Made by a program: the position numbers and the translations under genes | Assembly (NCBI GenBank): GCA_964574215.1 | Contig: CAZNLR010000010.1 | Span: 9,954-73,953 of the forward strand | From: an uncultured Rhodospirillaceae bacterium | GTDB lineage: Bacteria > Pseudomonadota > Alphaproteobacteria > Rhodospirillales > UBA2165 | Reading direction: 5' to 3' | Length of the DNA: 64,000 nt | In this document: piece by piece, positions 1 through 9,799 of the stretch | Position numbering within the stretch: position 1 is the stretch's first letter | How the letters are laid out: every line of letters starts with the position of its first letter | Notes under the pieces: generated by a model | Told to the model about the DNA's origin: nothing | Database searches by the model: none | Seen by the model: the letters and a program-made list of their open reading frames with translations, nothing else

Positions 1-1
1 G

Positions 2-259
2 GCGCGGGGCGAATTTTTGGTTATCCGCCATATCGTCACCAATATCCAAATTACCGTTGAGGACGAAAATAATGCGTCGTCCGCAGAGTATGTAACCGTC
101 TACCGGTACGATAGTGACGAGAAACTCGATGGCCCGGCGCCCCTCGACGGTCCCGGAGTGATATTTCTCTATCAGGACAAACTGGTCAGAACCGGCGATG
201 GCTGGAAAATCAAAGACAAGCGGGGCCGGCCCATTATGCTTAAGAAAAAGAAAGACTAA
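2..259 (+). CDS. NTF2-fold (SnoaL-like) protein, C-terminal part; 5' end outside window
   Basis: The frame is open from the window edge to TAA 257-259. The tail HIVTNIQITVED...LVRTGDGWKIKDKRG resembles the C-terminal sheet of SnoaL_4/NTF2-like proteins. Family call is from motif memory; no search was run. Confidence 0.45.
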   Translation, partial: ARGEFLVIRHIVTNIQITVEDENNASSAEYVTVYRYDSDEKLDGPAPLDGPGVIFLYQDKLVRTGDGWKIKDKRGRPIMLKKKKD

Positions 260-288
260 AAAAAACTCCCCGGTTTTGAACCGGGGAG
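258..288 (-). terminator. Rho-independent terminator of the minus-strand binding-protein gene
   Basis: 8-bp stem CTCCCCGG/CCGGGGAG (266-273 / 281-288) with a 7-nt loop. On the minus strand it is followed immediately by a run of 8 T (258-265). It lies just past the stop at 315. Confidence 0.7.
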
Positions 289-314
289 CGCCGTCAGGTT
301 GGTATTTCGATTTT

Positions 315-1856
315 CTATTTCCAGGACATGTGATTCAGCACGGCACCGTAGGGCGACAGCGAGCCTTCCTCGATGGACAGGGATTTGTCATGGACAAATA
401 CCGTCGGCAAGGTCGAGATCGGCAGGATGTAGTTCATCTTGTTGACGTGGTCATAGGCCTGCTTGTAGTGCGCGCGCCGTTTCGCTTCATCCATTTCGGC
501 GCCGCCGAGTTTCCTGAACTTTTGCAGCACCGGATCGCGCCAGTAGTCGCTGGGGCTGCCGGAGAAGAAGCGGTTCATGGTAGAGGACGCGTCGGGCAGG
601 CCGCCGGAACTCCACAGGCTCACCAGAATTTGGAACTTGCCGGAACGGTCCTTTTTGCGGAAGACACCGAAATTGACCGGATCGACTTTGCCTCTGATGC
701 CGATTTTCCGAAGTTCACCGGCTACCGCAACGGCCATGTGCCGGGAAAAACCAAGGGCGGTTATTTCCACGTCAAAACCATTGGCGTACCCGGCTTCGGC
801 CATCAGCTTTTTCGCCGCCGCCCGGTCGAATGCCGGCGGTTTGGTGCTGTAGTCGCAGCCTTTCTGGACCCTGAAGCACATGGCGTCGATTACCTTGACC
901 TTGTCGCCGCCGGCCAGTACCGCATTGGCAACCGCCTTGCGGTCGATGGCCATGGAGATGGCTTTGCGTACCCGTTGATCGGACAGCATTTTCTTACCCG
1001 ACCGGTTGACCGAATCCATCGACAGATAGCTGTAAAGCAGACCATTGGTCGCCGTGCTCGCCAATTTGGAGTTAGCTCTCAAGGCCTCGACCTGATCCTT
1101 GGGGACGCTTCGGACTAGGTCCACATTACCGGTAATCAACTGGGCGATACGGGATTGCAGGTCGGGATAATGTCTCGCTGTAACCGTTTTGATGGCCGGG
1201 AGAGGTTTCCACGTGCCGCCATGTTTGTAGGCGTCGTGGCGCACCATGACGATGCCCTGGTTGGGATTGACCTGGGTTACCTTATACGGCCCGGTACCGA
1301 CGGGATTTTTGCCGAAATCACTTTTGGCTTTAAGCTTGCCGTGGGTGTCCGACGGATAAATGGGAATGGACTTGGCCAGCCGCATCAAGCCGACGGCCGT
1401 CGGACGTTTTGACGTAATCCGTACTTTATAGCGACCTAATTTCTCGACACTTTTGATCCAGTTGTAATTGGTTTTGAAACGGATTTTGGTTTTCGGATGG
1501 ATCAGCCAGTTGACGGTGTAAACCACATCATCGGCATCGAAATCGGAACCGTCGTGGTATTTCACGTCGTCCCGGAGATCGAACTCCAACGTATTGATGT
1601 CGATACGCTTCCAGGACTTCGCCAACAGGGGATGGAACGTGCCCTTAAAGTCGTCATAAAACACCAGCCCGTCATAGACGATACGGGCGGTGAGGGCCGA
1701 TTCCGGTTTAGGGTCGTAAACCAGATCGACTTTTGAAATCGGGTGTTCGAATGCAATCCTCAACGTATCCTTGGCTTTCTGAGCGACTGCCGGTAAAGCC
1801 ACAGCAATTGTGGTCAGGGTGAATAAGCTGAATTTAAATAATCTTAGACTATTCAT
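315..1856 (-). CDS. ABC transporter periplasmic substrate-binding protein, family 5 (DppA/OppA-like)
   Basis: 513 aa with a signal peptide ending AVA/QK. Length and motifs (DTLRIAF, GTGPYKV) are typical of SBP_bac_5. No permease or ATPase genes are adjacent, so it is an orphan binding protein. Confidence 0.8.
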   Translation of the reverse strand: MNSLRLFKFSLFTLTTIAVALPAVAQKAKDTLRIAFEHPISKVDLVYDPKPESALTARIVYDGLVFYDDFKGTFHPLLAKSWKRIDINTLEFDLRDDVKYHDGSDFDADDVVYTVNWLIHPKTKIRFKTNYNWIKSVEKLGRYKVRITSKRPTAVGLMRLAKSIPIYPSDTHGKLKAKSDFGKNPVGTGPYKVTQVNPNQGIVMVRHDAYKHGGTWKPLPAIKTVTARHYPDLQSRIAQLITGNVDLVRSVPKDQVEALRANSKLASTATNGLLYSYLSMDSVNRSGKKMLSDQRVRKAISMAIDRKAVANAVLAGGDKVKVIDAMCFRVQKGCDYSTKPPAFDRAAAKKLMAEAGYANGFDVEITALGFSRHMAVAVAGELRKIGIRGKVDPVNFGVFRKKDRSGKFQILVSLWSSGGLPDASSTMNRFFSGSPSDYWRDPVLQKFRKLGGAEMDEAKRRAHYKQAYDHVNKMNYILPISTLPTVFVHDKSLSIEEGSLSPYGAVLNHMSWK

Positions 1857-1963
1857 TGGTATACCTCCGCACGGTGATTATTGGTCAAAGGGTTTAATTG
1901 TAATAACTCAAGATTGGCACTGGTCGTGTTTGGTGGTTCTCTCCATTCTAGCTGCTTCGCCTT

Positions 1964-3406
1964 TTAAGCGGCGGCGGATTGACTGGCTAAAAGATTTTTT
2001 ACGTCCTGTTCGATGATTGTGCCCGTAAAGAAGTCGGGGTTCTGACGGGCGAAAAAGGATACCGGATTGGTGAACATGAAATCTTCGAAATCCAAATCGG
2101 TGAATAATCCCTTTTCGATATTCTTGTAGGCGCTGGGCACGCAGCTGGTCATGTCCTCCACATCCCAATGGCCGATGTCCGAACCGAAAAACGCCTTAAG
2201 CCTGGCGCCATAGTGATTAAGTTTGTCGTTGAAGGCGACGGCGTTCATGGCGTCGTCGGCTTCGCATCCGAAATAAAAGGGCTCCACGAAGAGGTCGTAA
2301 ATGTCCCTCTTATCCGTGATCCCGCACCGCTTGAATTCGTCGATATCCGTGTCATCGGTGGTGAAGCCGCCCATGGCATTGATATTCATGTCTTCGCGGA
2401 TGGCCGCACCGGTGATGATGCCATCGCCGTATTTTTCCGCCATTTCCGACAGCAAATCCAGGTCCAATTTGGCCGGGTCCAAATTATCTTTCATAAAATC
2501 GAGATTGCGTTTCTCCCAATGCTCGAACAGATCGTTATAGAGCTGGGCCGCCCAGCCGACACCGCCTTCGAGAAAAGCGAAATTAAGGCCGGGGAAACGG
2601 CGGGTTACGCCATCCAGGAAAATGTTACGGCAGAAATAGTCGCCGGACGTGGCGAATCCGCCAAGATGATTAAAAACGAAATTCGTCGGAGACGAATGCC
2701 GGGAGCCGCCGGCGCGCGCCGCCGTGTGGCAGGCGACGGGTATTTTTAAGTCCAGGCAACGTTGCCAGACCGGATCGTAGTCATAAAGCGCATCGAGCGC
2801 GACGGGATAAACGCGTTCGGTAAACTTTCCCAATTCCGGTGCTTGAGCGGCAATTTCGGGTGGCGCCAATCTGACCTCAGTACCGAAGGTCGCGGCTTTG
2901 AACCCCAATTCGTTGACCGCGTGGTCGAGCTCAGCCAACGCCTCCTCGGGAGAAAACATGGGAATGCCGGCCGACGGGATGAGCCGGTCGCCTACCTCGC
3001 TGAAGACATCGGCCAGCATGGTGTTTAATGCCCGGTGGCCGACCTGACGCAATTCGTCGTCCCGGACATGCATGAGCGGCAAAATTGCTGTCGAGTATAC
3101 AATGGAGACATCGATGCCCCCTTCATCCAGCCGCTCCCGGAAAAGTTTGGGCAGCATGGCCGTTGCCCGATCCAAAGAGTTAGGCCCCGAAGGCATGCCC
3201 CAGAATATGGATTTGACGTCGTGATACTTCCAGGGCGAGTCCATGGTTTCGTATCGGCGCGCAATATCAGGACCGGCCACCTGCTTGACATAATCAAGCA
3301 GGGTCAAGGATGTTTCCAGAATATGGGCATCTCCATCGACGATGGGGTGTCCTACCTTTGCCCTGATCTCACTGGCATCCGTAGAATTACTTTTGGTCTC
3401 CGCCAA
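1964..3406 (-). CDS. Amidohydrolase-2 superfamily protein, long form; substrate unknown
   Basis: 480 aa. It has the N-terminal metal-site-like motif PIVDGDAHILE and the general pattern of the ACMSD/LigW/LigJ superfamily. It is clearly longer than the two other Amidohydro_2 genes in the window. Confidence 0.6.
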   Translation of the reverse strand: MAETKSNSTDASEIRAKVGHPIVDGDAHILETSLTLLDYVKQVAGPDIARRYETMDSPWKYHDVKSIFWGMPSGPNSLDRATAMLPKLFRERLDEGGIDVSIVYSTAILPLMHVRDDELRQVGHRALNTMLADVFSEVGDRLIPSAGIPMFSPEEALAELDHAVNELGFKAATFGTEVRLAPPEIAAQAPELGKFTERVYPVALDALYDYDPVWQRCLDLKIPVACHTAARAGGSRHSSPTNFVFNHLGGFATSGDYFCRNIFLDGVTRRFPGLNFAFLEGGVGWAAQLYNDLFEHWEKRNLDFMKDNLDPAKLDLDLLSEMAEKYGDGIITGAAIREDMNINAMGGFTTDDTDIDEFKRCGITDKRDIYDLFVEPFYFGCEADDAMNAVAFNDKLNHYGARLKAFFGSDIGHWDVEDMTSCVPSAYKNIEKGLFTDLDFEDFMFTNPVSFFARQNPDFFTGTIIEQDVKNLLASQSAAA

Positions 3407-3482
3407 ATGTACCTCCTCAATTGTCTACGGTTTATTCTTATTATTCCTATTTCATTCCCTGGGACCGATGCGGTCTGCGCTC

Positions 3483-4253
3483 CTAGCAGATGCCGTCAAC
3501 GGCCTTTTTTTCATCGGCATCTAAGGTGTGCCGTCTTTGGTCAATATGATCCAGATGTTGATACATTAACTTACCCGCGCCATCGCTGTCGCCGGTTTTA
3601 ATTTTACCATATATCTCCCGATGGACGCCCATTACGCGCTCCGGGATATCCGGGCTGGCGGCGCCGTTGGTATCCGACCAGATGACGAACCGGCAGGCCC
3701 TGAGTTGCATTGCCAGCACCCGGTTGTGGGAGGCATCGGCAATGGCGAGATGGAACTCCCGGCTCGACCGGGTAAATGCAGATCGGTCGTCGACGAGATT
3801 ATCAGCTTCATCCAGCAGTGATTTCAGGCGTTCCAGATCCTGCTCCGTGGCATTGATGGCGGCCATTTCCGCCGCCGTCCTTTCGATTGATTTCTGCACC
3901 TGGAGAATTTCCTGGCTGCTGACTCCGACCAGATTCAATTGAATGGCCATGGCGTCGGCAATGCGATCCAAATTGCCTTCCGCAATCCGGACACCGCCCC
4001 TTGCACCGACCCTAATTTCAACAATACCCATGGCTTCCAATGTGCGCAGAGCGTCCCGTGCCGTCATCCGGCTGACGCCGAAATCCTTGGCGATATCCTT
4101 TTCCGAGCCCAGAAAATCCCCCGGGTTGAGCTTGCGGCTGAACAGGGCTTCGCGAATGCGCGCCACAATTTTGGACGAAAAAGTGCTCGCTTCATAACTG
4201 CGACCGGGATTGGCGAGATCATCGCCGTCTGAGATCAGGGAAACCAAACTCAC
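3483..4253 (-). CDS. GntR-family (FadR-subfamily) transcriptional regulator
   Basis: 256 aa. It has the winged-helix segment SEKDIAKDFGVSRMTARDALRTLEAMGIVEIRVGARGG followed by an all-helical FadR-type C-terminal domain. Confidence 0.85.
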   Translation of the reverse strand: MSLVSLISDGDDLANPGRSYEASTFSSKIVARIREALFSRKLNPGDFLGSEKDIAKDFGVSRMTARDALRTLEAMGIVEIRVGARGGVRIAEGNLDRIADAMAIQLNLVGVSSQEILQVQKSIERTAAEMAAINATEQDLERLKSLLDEADNLVDDRSAFTRSSREFHLAIADASHNRVLAMQLRACRFVIWSDTNGAASPDIPERVMGVHREIYGKIKTGDSDGAGKLMYQHLDHIDQRRHTLDADEKKAVDGIC

Positions 4254-4489
4254 GGCACCTACCTTCTACTAATATATTATTGATATGATTTTTATGCTTT
4301 GATTGTGCCTGAATGCTATTTTTAGTCAAGTGGATGAGGTTTGGATAACCCGTCTAATCCGATTTATGAGTAATACGGCTGGGTCCTTTTTTCACCATTA
4401 TCTTTGAGTGATTCAAATATACACTTGACGCCGGAAAGTTTAAATATCATATATATCATATCATTATACATTTGAGGCGGATGGGCTGA

Positions 4490-5275
4490 ATGAATCGCGT
4501 TGAATTGGCCAAAATTGCCAAGGGATATGGTGGGGGATCTGAGGGAGGAGACGGCCCTACCTGGGCGCCTGTCAGAGCGACCTCCGTCGCCAGCAAGATT
4601 GTCGTTCAAATTCGTGACGCTTTGTTTTCCGGCGCCTTGAAACCCGGTGACGCCTTGGGCTCGGAGAAGGATCTGGTTCAGCAATTCAATGTCAGCCGCA
4701 TCACCGTGCGCGATGCCTTGAGAACGCTGGAAACCATGGGAATTGTCGAAATCCGCGCCGGGGCAGGCGGCGGTGCGCGCATCGCCGCAGGTAATCTGGA
4801 ACGCATATCGGACGCTCTGGCCGTCCAATTCAAGCTAACCGGCGTGACCGAACAGGAAACCGTTGATGCCCAAATCGCCATCGAAGGCGCCGCCATCGTG
4901 CTGGCCGCCGAAAGACGGACTTCAGCGGATTTGGCGCGCCTTTCCGATCTGCTGGCGGAGGCCGAAAGTCATCTCGATAATCCGGTGAATTTCGCCGAAT
5001 CCGGTCATCTCTTTCATCTGGCCTTGATTGAAGCTTCGGGCAATCGGGTTCTGACAGCGCAGTTTAATGCCCTTCGGCATGCCGTATGGCCTCGGAACAG
5101 CGATCGGGCAAAGCCCGATATCGCCCGGCGCACATTGGCCATGCACCAGAAATTATTTGAGGCCGTTAGAGACGGCAAAAGCGCTTTGGCGCGTGAACTG
5201 ATGTGTTCCCATCTGGAGGATATCCGAAAAATTGAATTTTCCGGCGATGAGACGAAGGGAATGGACTGCTGTTAG
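4490..5275 (+). CDS. GntR-family (FadR-subfamily) transcriptional regulator, paralog of 3483-4253
   Basis: 261 aa with SEKDLVQQFNVSRITVRDALRTLETMGIVEIRAGAGGG. It is divergently transcribed from a shared 236-bp AT-rich spacer. Confidence 0.85.
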   Translation: MNRVELAKIAKGYGGGSEGGDGPTWAPVRATSVASKIVVQIRDALFSGALKPGDALGSEKDLVQQFNVSRITVRDALRTLETMGIVEIRAGAGGGARIAAGNLERISDALAVQFKLTGVTEQETVDAQIAIEGAAIVLAAERRTSADLARLSDLLAEAESHLDNPVNFAESGHLFHLALIEASGNRVLTAQFNALRHAVWPRNSDRAKPDIARRTLAMHQKLFEAVRDGKSALARELMCSHLEDIRKIEFSGDETKGMDCC

Positions 5276-5358
5276 ATACCAATTTGGCTTTTTAGGATCA
5301 CCTACGTAATCCTGATGGCTGAAATTAAACACGAACAAGAACCTAAAGGGAGGTCTTA

Positions 5359-6372
5359 ATGATTATTGATTGCCATGCTCATGTCAGCGCACCCGTGGAA
5401 CTTTGGGCGTACAAGGCGTCCTTGCTGTCGCACCGCGGCTCCCACGGTCGGGGCAAGGTCAACGTAACCGACGACCAGATTCGCCACGCAGTAGAAGAGC
5501 ACAAAGAAGCCTTCCCCCATCCACATCTGCCCTATATCGATCTGGTTGGCACCAAGATGCAATTGGTGTCGCCGCGTCCCTTCCAGTTGATGCACAGCGA
5601 ACCCCAGGCCAAGCTGGTTCAGTGGTTCCATGAGGAAGTCAACAACATCATTCACCGTGAAACCCAGATTTATCCGGACCGGTTTATCGGCATCGCCGGT
5701 ATCCCCACTGTTCGTGACAATCCGCTGGATATGGCGATCGCCGAATTGGAGCGCTGCGTCAATGAACTGGGCTTCAAGGGAACCCTGCTCAATCCCGATC
5801 CCTTCGAGAATGACGGCACCCACCCGCCGGCGTTGGGCGACAGATACTGGTACCCCCTGTATGAAAAGCTGTGCGAGCTCGATGTGCCGGCCCATATCCA
5901 CGGCACCGGGTCGCGCTCCGAACGGGAGCCTTATTCCCTGCGCTTTATCAACGAGGAAACCACCGCTATCTTCGGGCTGATCAATTCCAATGTTCTCAAG
6001 GATTTTCCTGATCTGAAAATCGTCGTCTCCCACGGTGGCGGCGCGATCCCTTATCAACTGGGCCGATTCCAGGCGGGATCCATGCGGCGGCCGGAAGGTG
6101 ACCGCTTTATTGACGGTATGAACAAACTGTATTTCGACACCGTCCTTTACACCAAAGACGCCATTGACCTGCTGTTGAAGGTGGTTGGTCCGGACCGCGC
6201 TTTGTTTGGTGCGGAATGTCCGGGCGTGGGATCAAAAGTAAATCCCGAAACAGGCCGGACCATGGACGATATCGCCCCTTACTTCAGCGAAATCGACTGG
6301 TTGACCGACGACGACCGGGAAAAGATTTTTTCCGGCAATGCCAAGAAAGTATTCAAACTCGACATTGACTAA
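5359..6372 (+). CDS. Amidohydrolase-2 family enzyme; candidate 4-oxalomesaconate hydratase (LigJ-like) or related decarboxylase
   Basis: 337 aa, starting MIIDCHAHV (HxH metal motif), with an AAAGGGAGG Shine-Dalgarno upstream. Size and N-terminus fit my recollection of LigJ-type hydratases, and it sits with LigB- and LigK-like genes. The specific activity is inferred from context. Confidence 0.55.
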   Translation: MIIDCHAHVSAPVELWAYKASLLSHRGSHGRGKVNVTDDQIRHAVEEHKEAFPHPHLPYIDLVGTKMQLVSPRPFQLMHSEPQAKLVQWFHEEVNNIIHRETQIYPDRFIGIAGIPTVRDNPLDMAIAELERCVNELGFKGTLLNPDPFENDGTHPPALGDRYWYPLYEKLCELDVPAHIHGTGSRSEREPYSLRFINEETTAIFGLINSNVLKDFPDLKIVVSHGGGAIPYQLGRFQAGSMRRPEGDRFIDGMNKLYFDTVLYTKDAIDLLLKVVGPDRALFGAECPGVGSKVNPETGRTMDDIAPYFSEIDWLTDDDREKIFSGNAKKVFKLDID

Positions 6373-6422
6373 AGCGTGGCGGCGCCTAATCGCCACTGCC
6401 CCATTTTAACAAGGAGGATGTT

Positions 6423-7910
6423 ATGCCTGACGACGCAAAACAAATAATTCATACGCCTTATACCGATAAACCCGCTCAAGGGATTATGGACGGGAAACGT
6501 TTTCTGGAAAGTATCCGGGACGACCGGGAAATCTGGTACCGGGGGGAGCAAATCAAAGATGTGACCACCCACCCGCAATTCGCCGGTATGGCGCAATCCC
6601 TGGCCGATATCTACGACATGCAGCACCAAAAAGAACATCAGGATGTGATGACCTATGTTGAGGATAACGGACTGCGCGTATCCACCTCTTATCTGCGCCC
6701 GACCGAAAAAGAGCACCTGACACAACGTCACGAGAACACCCAGTTCTGGAGCCGCCAGGTGCATGGCATGTGCGGTCGGTTGCCCGATTTTTGCGCCGCC
6801 ATGACGGTTGGTTACGTAGACATCCATGACGAACTGGCGAAGCTCAATCCGGATTTGGCGAAAAACGCCATTTCCTATTACGAATATGCCCGTGATCACG
6901 ATCTGTGTCTGTCTCACGCATTGCATGATCCGTGCATGGACAAGTCTTTGCGTCCAAAAGAAGACCCGGAGCGGTGCGTTCACGTTGTCAAGGAGCGGGA
7001 TGACGGTGTTATTCTCCGCGGCGCCCGTTTCAATACCTTGGGCCCATTCTCCAACGATATTCTGATCTCGCCCACCTATACGTTCACCGAAGACGAACCT
7101 GAGTTCGCCATCTGGTTTATGGTGCCGGCCAACGCACCGGGGCTGAAGCAGATCTGCCGTGAAATTTTCTCAGGCCGCGATCCACTGGATCATCCTATGT
7201 CGGCGCGCTTCGACGAGATTGACACGTTGGTGGTGCTTGATGACGTCTTTGTGCCGTGGGAGCGTATCTTCCTTTATCGCGAACCCCTGGCGGCCAACCG
7301 TTTGTTCCGGGGCGGCGTGATGAGTTGGGCTGGTGACGCCTCGTCGGCGTTGACTGAAGTCAGGTTCGAGACCTTGGTTACCATCGCCTATATGCTGGCG
7401 GAAACATCCGGTATCCAGGAGCGTCCTCATGTGCAGCAGGCTCTGGGCGAAATGTGCACTTATCTGACGTTGCTCAAGAACAGCATCCGCGCCGGTCATG
7501 TCGATTGTCATCAGACGGCGGGCGGCCACTGGTGCCCGGCGCCGTTCTTCGACCGCCGGTCCCTGGTGACCCGGGTTTCCGAACGGTTCTGCGATCTGGT
7601 CGAGCATATCGGTACGTCTTCGACAATCTTCAACCATACGGCCGAAGACTGGGCCAATCCGGAGGTTGCGAAGTATCTGCAAACCTATATGCGGGGCCGT
7701 AAATCTTCCGCCATGGACCGGCACAAAATCACCAAGCTTGCCTGGGAACTGACCGGCGATTCCTATGGCCGCCGGCAGCAGCTCTACGAGCGGCTTCACT
7801 CTGGCGACGCCGAAGTGGTCAAGGCGGGTCCAGGTAAAAGCTTCGATTATTCGGCGGGGCTGGAGCGGATCAGTAACCTTCTGGGTCTGGAAGATACCGA
7901 TATTTCTTAA
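6423..7910 (+). CDS. HpaB-family two-component flavin-dependent monooxygenase, oxygenase component
   Basis: 495 aa with an AAGGAGG SD. Length and motifs (MCGRLPDF region, two-domain layout) match the 4-hydroxyphenylacetate 3-hydroxylase family. No HpaC-like flavin reductase gene is in the window. Confidence 0.7.
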   Translation: MPDDAKQIIHTPYTDKPAQGIMDGKRFLESIRDDREIWYRGEQIKDVTTHPQFAGMAQSLADIYDMQHQKEHQDVMTYVEDNGLRVSTSYLRPTEKEHLTQRHENTQFWSRQVHGMCGRLPDFCAAMTVGYVDIHDELAKLNPDLAKNAISYYEYARDHDLCLSHALHDPCMDKSLRPKEDPERCVHVVKERDDGVILRGARFNTLGPFSNDILISPTYTFTEDEPEFAIWFMVPANAPGLKQICREIFSGRDPLDHPMSARFDEIDTLVVLDDVFVPWERIFLYREPLAANRLFRGGVMSWAGDASSALTEVRFETLVTIAYMLAETSGIQERPHVQQALGEMCTYLTLLKNSIRAGHVDCHQTAGGHWCPAPFFDRRSLVTRVSERFCDLVEHIGTSSTIFNHTAEDWANPEVAKYLQTYMRGRKSSAMDRHKITKLAWELTGDSYGRRQQLYERLHSGDAEVVKAGPGKSFDYSAGLERISNLLGLEDTDIS

Positions 7911-7940
7911 CCTTAATTCTAGATTAAGAAGGAGCTAACA

Positions 7941-8954
7941 ATGGCGAAGATCGTTTTGGGCATGGGAACCTCCCATAGCCCGATGCTGTCGACACCGCCG
8001 GAAGAATGGGGGCAGCGGGCCGAAGCCGATAAGAAAAATCCGGCCCACCCTTTTCGGGGCGATGTCTATACGTTCGAGGAACTGCTGGAAAAGCGGAAGG
8101 GTGAAAATTTCGCCGAGCGGTTCTCGGTTGATATTTGGCGAGAACAGCACGCCACCTGCATGGAAAAAATCGAGAATATGGCGCAAAGCTATGAGCAAGC
8201 AGCACCGGACGTGGCGATTATTTTCGGCAATGACCAAAATGAAGTGATTGTCGATACCAACATGCCGGCGTTCAGTGTTTTCTGGGGTGAAAAGCTCGAA
8301 AATATTCCCTATAGCGATGCCCAAAAGGCGAAACTCAATCCGGGTATCGGTATCGCAGAGCCGGGTCATACCCGCGACCAAACTGACGTGTATGACGGTT
8401 GCCCCGAACTCGGTAAACATATTATCGAACATTTAATTCAGAATGAATTCGATGTCGGCCAATCGAAACGCCTGCCGGAAATAGAAGATCACTGGTGGAG
8501 CGGTGTGCCTCATGCATTTGGCTTTATCTATCGCCAGATCATGAGGGATGAAGTCATTCCCAATGTGCCGGTGTTCACCAATACTTTTTTCCCGCCCAAT
8601 CAGCCGACGGTGGCTCGGTGCTATAAATTCGGCAAGGCCGTCCGCCAGGCGGTGGAAAGCTGGGACAGCGATAAGAAAGTCGCCGCCTTTTGTTCCGGCG
8701 GACTCAGTCATTTCAACATCGACGAAGAGCTTGACCGGCAGGTGATGGACGCCTTGAAAAGCAAGGACGAGACGAAAATCCTGGCGATCCCCGATAAATA
8801 CCTGACGTCGGGAACGTCGGAAGTGAAGAACTGGGTCACCTTGGCGGGGTTTCTTTCCGATACGCCGCTGGAAATGACTGTTTCTGAATATATTCCGTGT
8901 TATCGTTCCGCAGCCGGTACCGGCAACGCCATGGCTTTTGGTATTTGGCAATAG
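7941..8954 (+). CDS. Class III extradiol ring-cleavage dioxygenase (LigB superfamily)
   Basis: 337 aa. The N-terminus MAKIVLGMGTSHSPML is the hallmark start of LigB-type dioxygenases. SD is AAGAAGGAG. There is no separate LigA-like small-subunit gene. Confidence 0.75.
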   Translation: MAKIVLGMGTSHSPMLSTPPEEWGQRAEADKKNPAHPFRGDVYTFEELLEKRKGENFAERFSVDIWREQHATCMEKIENMAQSYEQAAPDVAIIFGNDQNEVIVDTNMPAFSVFWGEKLENIPYSDAQKAKLNPGIGIAEPGHTRDQTDVYDGCPELGKHIIEHLIQNEFDVGQSKRLPEIEDHWWSGVPHAFGFIYRQIMRDEVIPNVPVFTNTFFPPNQPTVARCYKFGKAVRQAVESWDSDKKVAAFCSGGLSHFNIDEELDRQVMDALKSKDETKILAIPDKYLTSGTSEVKNWVTLAGFLSDTPLEMTVSEYIPCYRSAAGTGNAMAFGIWQ

Positions 8955-8967
8955 GAACGGGAATTAT

Positions 8968-9627
8968 ATGAAGGAAAAATTAGTTGACCGGTTGCGTCAA
9001 ATCGACACCTGTGCCGTGTCGGACGCGCTGGACGCTCTGGGATTGATGGGAACAGTGATCGGTATCAAGCCGATCTCCGTCCTGCGCCGGGTCGCCGGAC
9101 GGGTCCAGACGGTAAAACTGGGACCGCCCCGCGACGACATTCCCAAAGTCCACCTTTGCTCGCGGGCGGTGGACGCCGCGGATCAAGGTGATGTCATCGT
9201 GGTCGAAAATCATCATCGCGAAGACGCGGCCGGGTGGGGCGGAATTCTCTCGACCGCCGCAGCTCACAAAGGACTGTCGGCCACCATCGTAGACGGGCCG
9301 GTGCGGGACGCCGACGAAAGCCGGGATGTGGACTATCCCGTGTTCGCCCGATCGGCCATTCCCTTTACCGCCCGGGGGCGCATCGCCGAACACGCCTGGA
9401 ATATTCCCGTTGAAATCGGCGGCGTGACTGTCAATCCCGGTGATTTGGTGCTGGCCGACGGCAGCGGTGTCGTTTTCGTCGATCAAAACCGGGCCGAAGA
9501 TATCGTCGCCAAGGCCGAAGAAATCGCCGCCAAGGAAGCCGCCATGGCGGCGGCGGTCCGCCAGGGTAAGAAAGTCAGCGATGTCATGGGTGGCGATTAC
9601 GAAAATATGTTGATCGAAAAAGATTAA
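8968..9627 (+). CDS. RraA-fold aldolase/decarboxylase paralog 1 (LigK/GalC 4-carboxy-4-hydroxy-2-oxoadipate aldolase family)
   Basis: ATG 8968 is preferred over the track start 8938, which would overlap the upstream gene. It carries the RraA-fold signature GWGGILSTAAAHKGLSATIVDGPVRD. Confidence 0.7.
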   Translation: MKEKLVDRLRQIDTCAVSDALDALGLMGTVIGIKPISVLRRVAGRVQTVKLGPPRDDIPKVHLCSRAVDAADQGDVIVVENHHREDAAGWGGILSTAAAHKGLSATIVDGPVRDADESRDVDYPVFARSAIPFTARGRIAEHAWNIPVEIGGVTVNPGDLVLADGSGVVFVDQNRAEDIVAKAEEIAAKEAAMAAAVRQGKKVSDVMGGDYENMLIEKD

Positions 9628-9671
9628 AGGGGGAGTAACTCTTGATCAAATATCTCTCTAATTCCAATCAG

Positions 9672-9770
9672 CCCCCCCACCCTAACCCTCCCCCTCCAGG
9701 GGGGAGGGGAAATAAAATAATGCCCTCTTTTCTTCCTCCCCCCTGGAGGGGGAGGATAGAGGTGGGGGGG
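9672..9770. repeat. Pair of inverted GC-rich REP-like palindromic units (BIME-like)
   Basis: Unit A is 9672-9709 (CCCCCCCACCCTAACCCTCCCCCTCCAGGGGGGAGGGG). Unit B is 9735-9770 in inverted orientation, with 32 of 36 aligned positions identical after reverse-complementing. Each unit has its own 9-bp stem CCCTCCCCC/GGGGGAGGG. Confidence 0.8.
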
Positions 9771-9799
9771 AAGCTTTCAAAAAACGGGGCTATATATTC

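Noticed and set aside
198-1118. 306-aa ORF on the + strand overlapping the substrate-binding-protein gene
   Set aside because: It is antisense to a CDS with strong family features. Its composition is Arg/Gly/His/Pro-rich and low in complexity, typical of shadow ORFs in GC-rich DNA. The same reasoning applies to the other long shadow ORFs, for example 5356-6057, 11990-12862, 15580-16431, 17359-18372, 19836-20744, 20814-21719, 60590-61405 and 63350-63946.
6423-7910. Possibility that the HpaB-family gene is a 4-hydroxybutyryl-CoA dehydratase (same superfamily)
   Set aside because: As I recall, the dehydratases bind a [4Fe-4S] cluster through a closely spaced Cys pair plus His/Cys. Here the only nearby Cys pair is in MCGRLPDFC, which instead resembles the GRxPD substrate/flavin loop of HpaB monooxygenases. 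The gene also sits between ring-cleavage genes. The dehydratase is not fully excluded without an alignment.
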